From contig CAZIBZ010000158.1 in the NCBI GenBank assembly GCA_964537445.1, forward strand, positions 1-27,646: a DNA stretch of 27,646 nucleotides. Direction: 5' to 3'. The notes under the pieces are model-generated. The model made no database searches and was not told the DNA's origin. It worked only from the letters and a program-made list of their open reading frames with translations. The first letter of the stretch is position 1. Every line of letters starts with the position of its first letter. Source of the stretch: an uncultured Dehalococcoidia bacterium (GTDB taxonomy: Bacteria > Chloroflexota > Dehalococcoidia > UBA6926). Of the stretch, positions 26,461 through 27,646 are shown in pieces. The translations under genes and the position numbers were made by a program.

Positions 26461-26671
26461 CATGTTTCCTCCCCCAACATGGTAATGAGTAGGCATGTCG
26501 CTTTGCTCTCTAGGGCTCTACTCACTGCCTGCCTTGTACCTCAGAGATGTTTCGTGGGAGAACAAAACGGATAATGAATATCGGTGAATGACCCGAATTT
26601 GATTAGGGAGACCGGAGACTCATTGACGCATTCTAGTTCACCACTTGAACAGCAGGTAATCCATAGTATTG

Positions 26672-26680
26672 TGCTATACT
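26672..26680 (+). promoter_or_regulatory. Putative extended -10 (TGcTATACT) for the binding-protein gene
   Basis: About 42 nt upstream of ATG 26723; AAGGAG SD at 26708-26713. Confidence 0.55.
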
Positions 26681-26722
26681 GCCTCGCTAAACAAAGGTAG
26701 GCTGGAAAAGGAGCGTGCGCTG

Positions 26723-27646
26723 ATGTCTTCACGGCCAAAGTGGCTCGCGGGATTTGTGGGGATTGCCACTCTGTTGTTGGGGATGATGGCTTGTCAGGCC
26801 GAACCCGAAACCGTACCGGTCGCGACGAGTGTCCCTGCTACCTCGACGCCAATCCCGACCGCCACCCCGGAGCCGGTGCCGACGACAGTGAAAATCGGAA
26901 TGTTGAGCCCCCAGACTGGTCCGATCGCTCAGTACGCTCCCGGGTTCCAAGATGCAGGGAACGTAGCTATAACCGAACTCAACGCCACCCATGAGGGTGA
27001 TTTCGAGTTTGAATTGATTGTTGCCGACTCTGGCTGTGACGGTACGCAAGCGGCAACGGCTGCCCAAACGCTTATCGACAGCGGCGTGTCGGTAATTATC
27101 GGAGCTGCCTGCTCAGGTGCGACGCTGGGTGCGATCGCGGTTACCGCTCCGGCGGGAGTCCCGATGGTGTCATATGCCAGCACCTCTCCTGCAGTTACCA
27201 CGGCGGATGACAATGGGCACCTCTTCCGCGTCGTTCCAAGCGACGCGCAGCAAGCGGTTGCTCTGGTAGCGGTGACATCTGCTGCTGGTGCCAGTAACCC
27301 CGCAGTCCTTTACATGACAAATGACTACGGCGCTGGACTCGGTGATAACTTCGCATCCAACTGGTCTGGGGACGTGTGCACCCAGGTTGGATACGACCCG
27401 GCCGAAGGGTCTTACGATGCTGCAACTTTGGCCCAGTCCGTCATCGACGGTGGCTGTGATTCGGTCCTCCTGATGTCTTATGCCACTGACGGCGCGGCGA
27501 TCATGGAGGCTCTGTCGGCACAGGGCTTCACCGGTAGCGTCATTGGCGCTGACGGCCTTGCCGACGCTGCTTTCACGGAATCATTCACAGATGCAGCAGC
27601 AGTTGGCGGTCTGGTGGCAACCAGGCCTCGCCCAGGGGAAGAATCC
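26723..27646 (+). CDS. ABC transporter substrate-binding lipoprotein, type 1 periplasmic-binding fold (LivK/branched-chain-like); truncated by window end
   Basis: Not in the ORF track because it has no stop. Translation: MSSRPKWLAGFVGIATLLLGMMA/C, PT-rich linker, VKIGMLSPQTG, DSGCD, GAACSG, SYASTSP, FRVVPSDAQQ, NDYG, IGADG; open for 308 codons. Confidence 0.92.
   Translation, partial: MSSRPKWLAGFVGIATLLLGMMACQAEPETVPVATSVPATSTPIPTATPEPVPTTVKIGMLSPQTGPIAQYAPGFQDAGNVAITELNATHEGDFEFELIVADSGCDGTQAATAAQTLIDSGVSVIIGAACSGATLGAIAVTAPAGVPMVSYASTSPAVTTADDNGHLFRVVPSDAQQAVALVAVTSAAGASNPAVLYMTNDYGAGLGDNFASNWSGDVCTQVGYDPAEGSYDAATLAQSVIDGGCDSVLLMSYATDGAAIMEALSAQGFTGSVIGADGLADAAFTESFTDAAAVGGLVATRPRPGEES

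Noticed and set aside
26573-26590. AATGAATATCGGTGAATG as an ARG box near lysE
   Set aside because: The second half-site (ATTCA) is missing.
1-27646. CRISPR arrays, tRNA/rRNA genes, IS elements, integrases
   Set aside because: No repeat-spacer periodicity, cloverleaf or rRNA signature, terminal inverted repeats or transposase motifs seen.

Overview
High-GC bacterial window, with gene content and protein style suggesting Chloroflexota/Dehalococcoidia, SAR202-like (inference). Left part: an arginine cluster on the minus strand (argJ-argB-UPF0182-argD, an opposite-strand DUF1801 gene, then argG-argH-rpe), preceded by an alpha/beta hydrolase and a rod-like, 6S-like RNA candidate running off the left edge. 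Middle: a putative catabolic neighbourhood with a lone xanthine-dehydrogenase-family Mo subunit, an acidic lipoprotein with four Cys-pair modules, a PHP hydrolase, five acyl-CoA dehydrogenases in two divergent units, and a Gfo/Idh/MocA oxidoreductase. Three of the dehydrogenases look like Glu-bearing 'alpha' subunits and two like Glu-less 'beta' subunits of heteromeric FadE26/27-type enzymes. Right part: a frameshifted MMPL C-terminal remnant, suhB-like, trpS, then a lower-GC patch with a GH114 gene fragment, a LysE transporter and a truncated periplasmic-binding lipoprotein. No CRISPR array, tRNA, rRNA or transposase was seen. All family calls come from motif recognition; no database searches were run.
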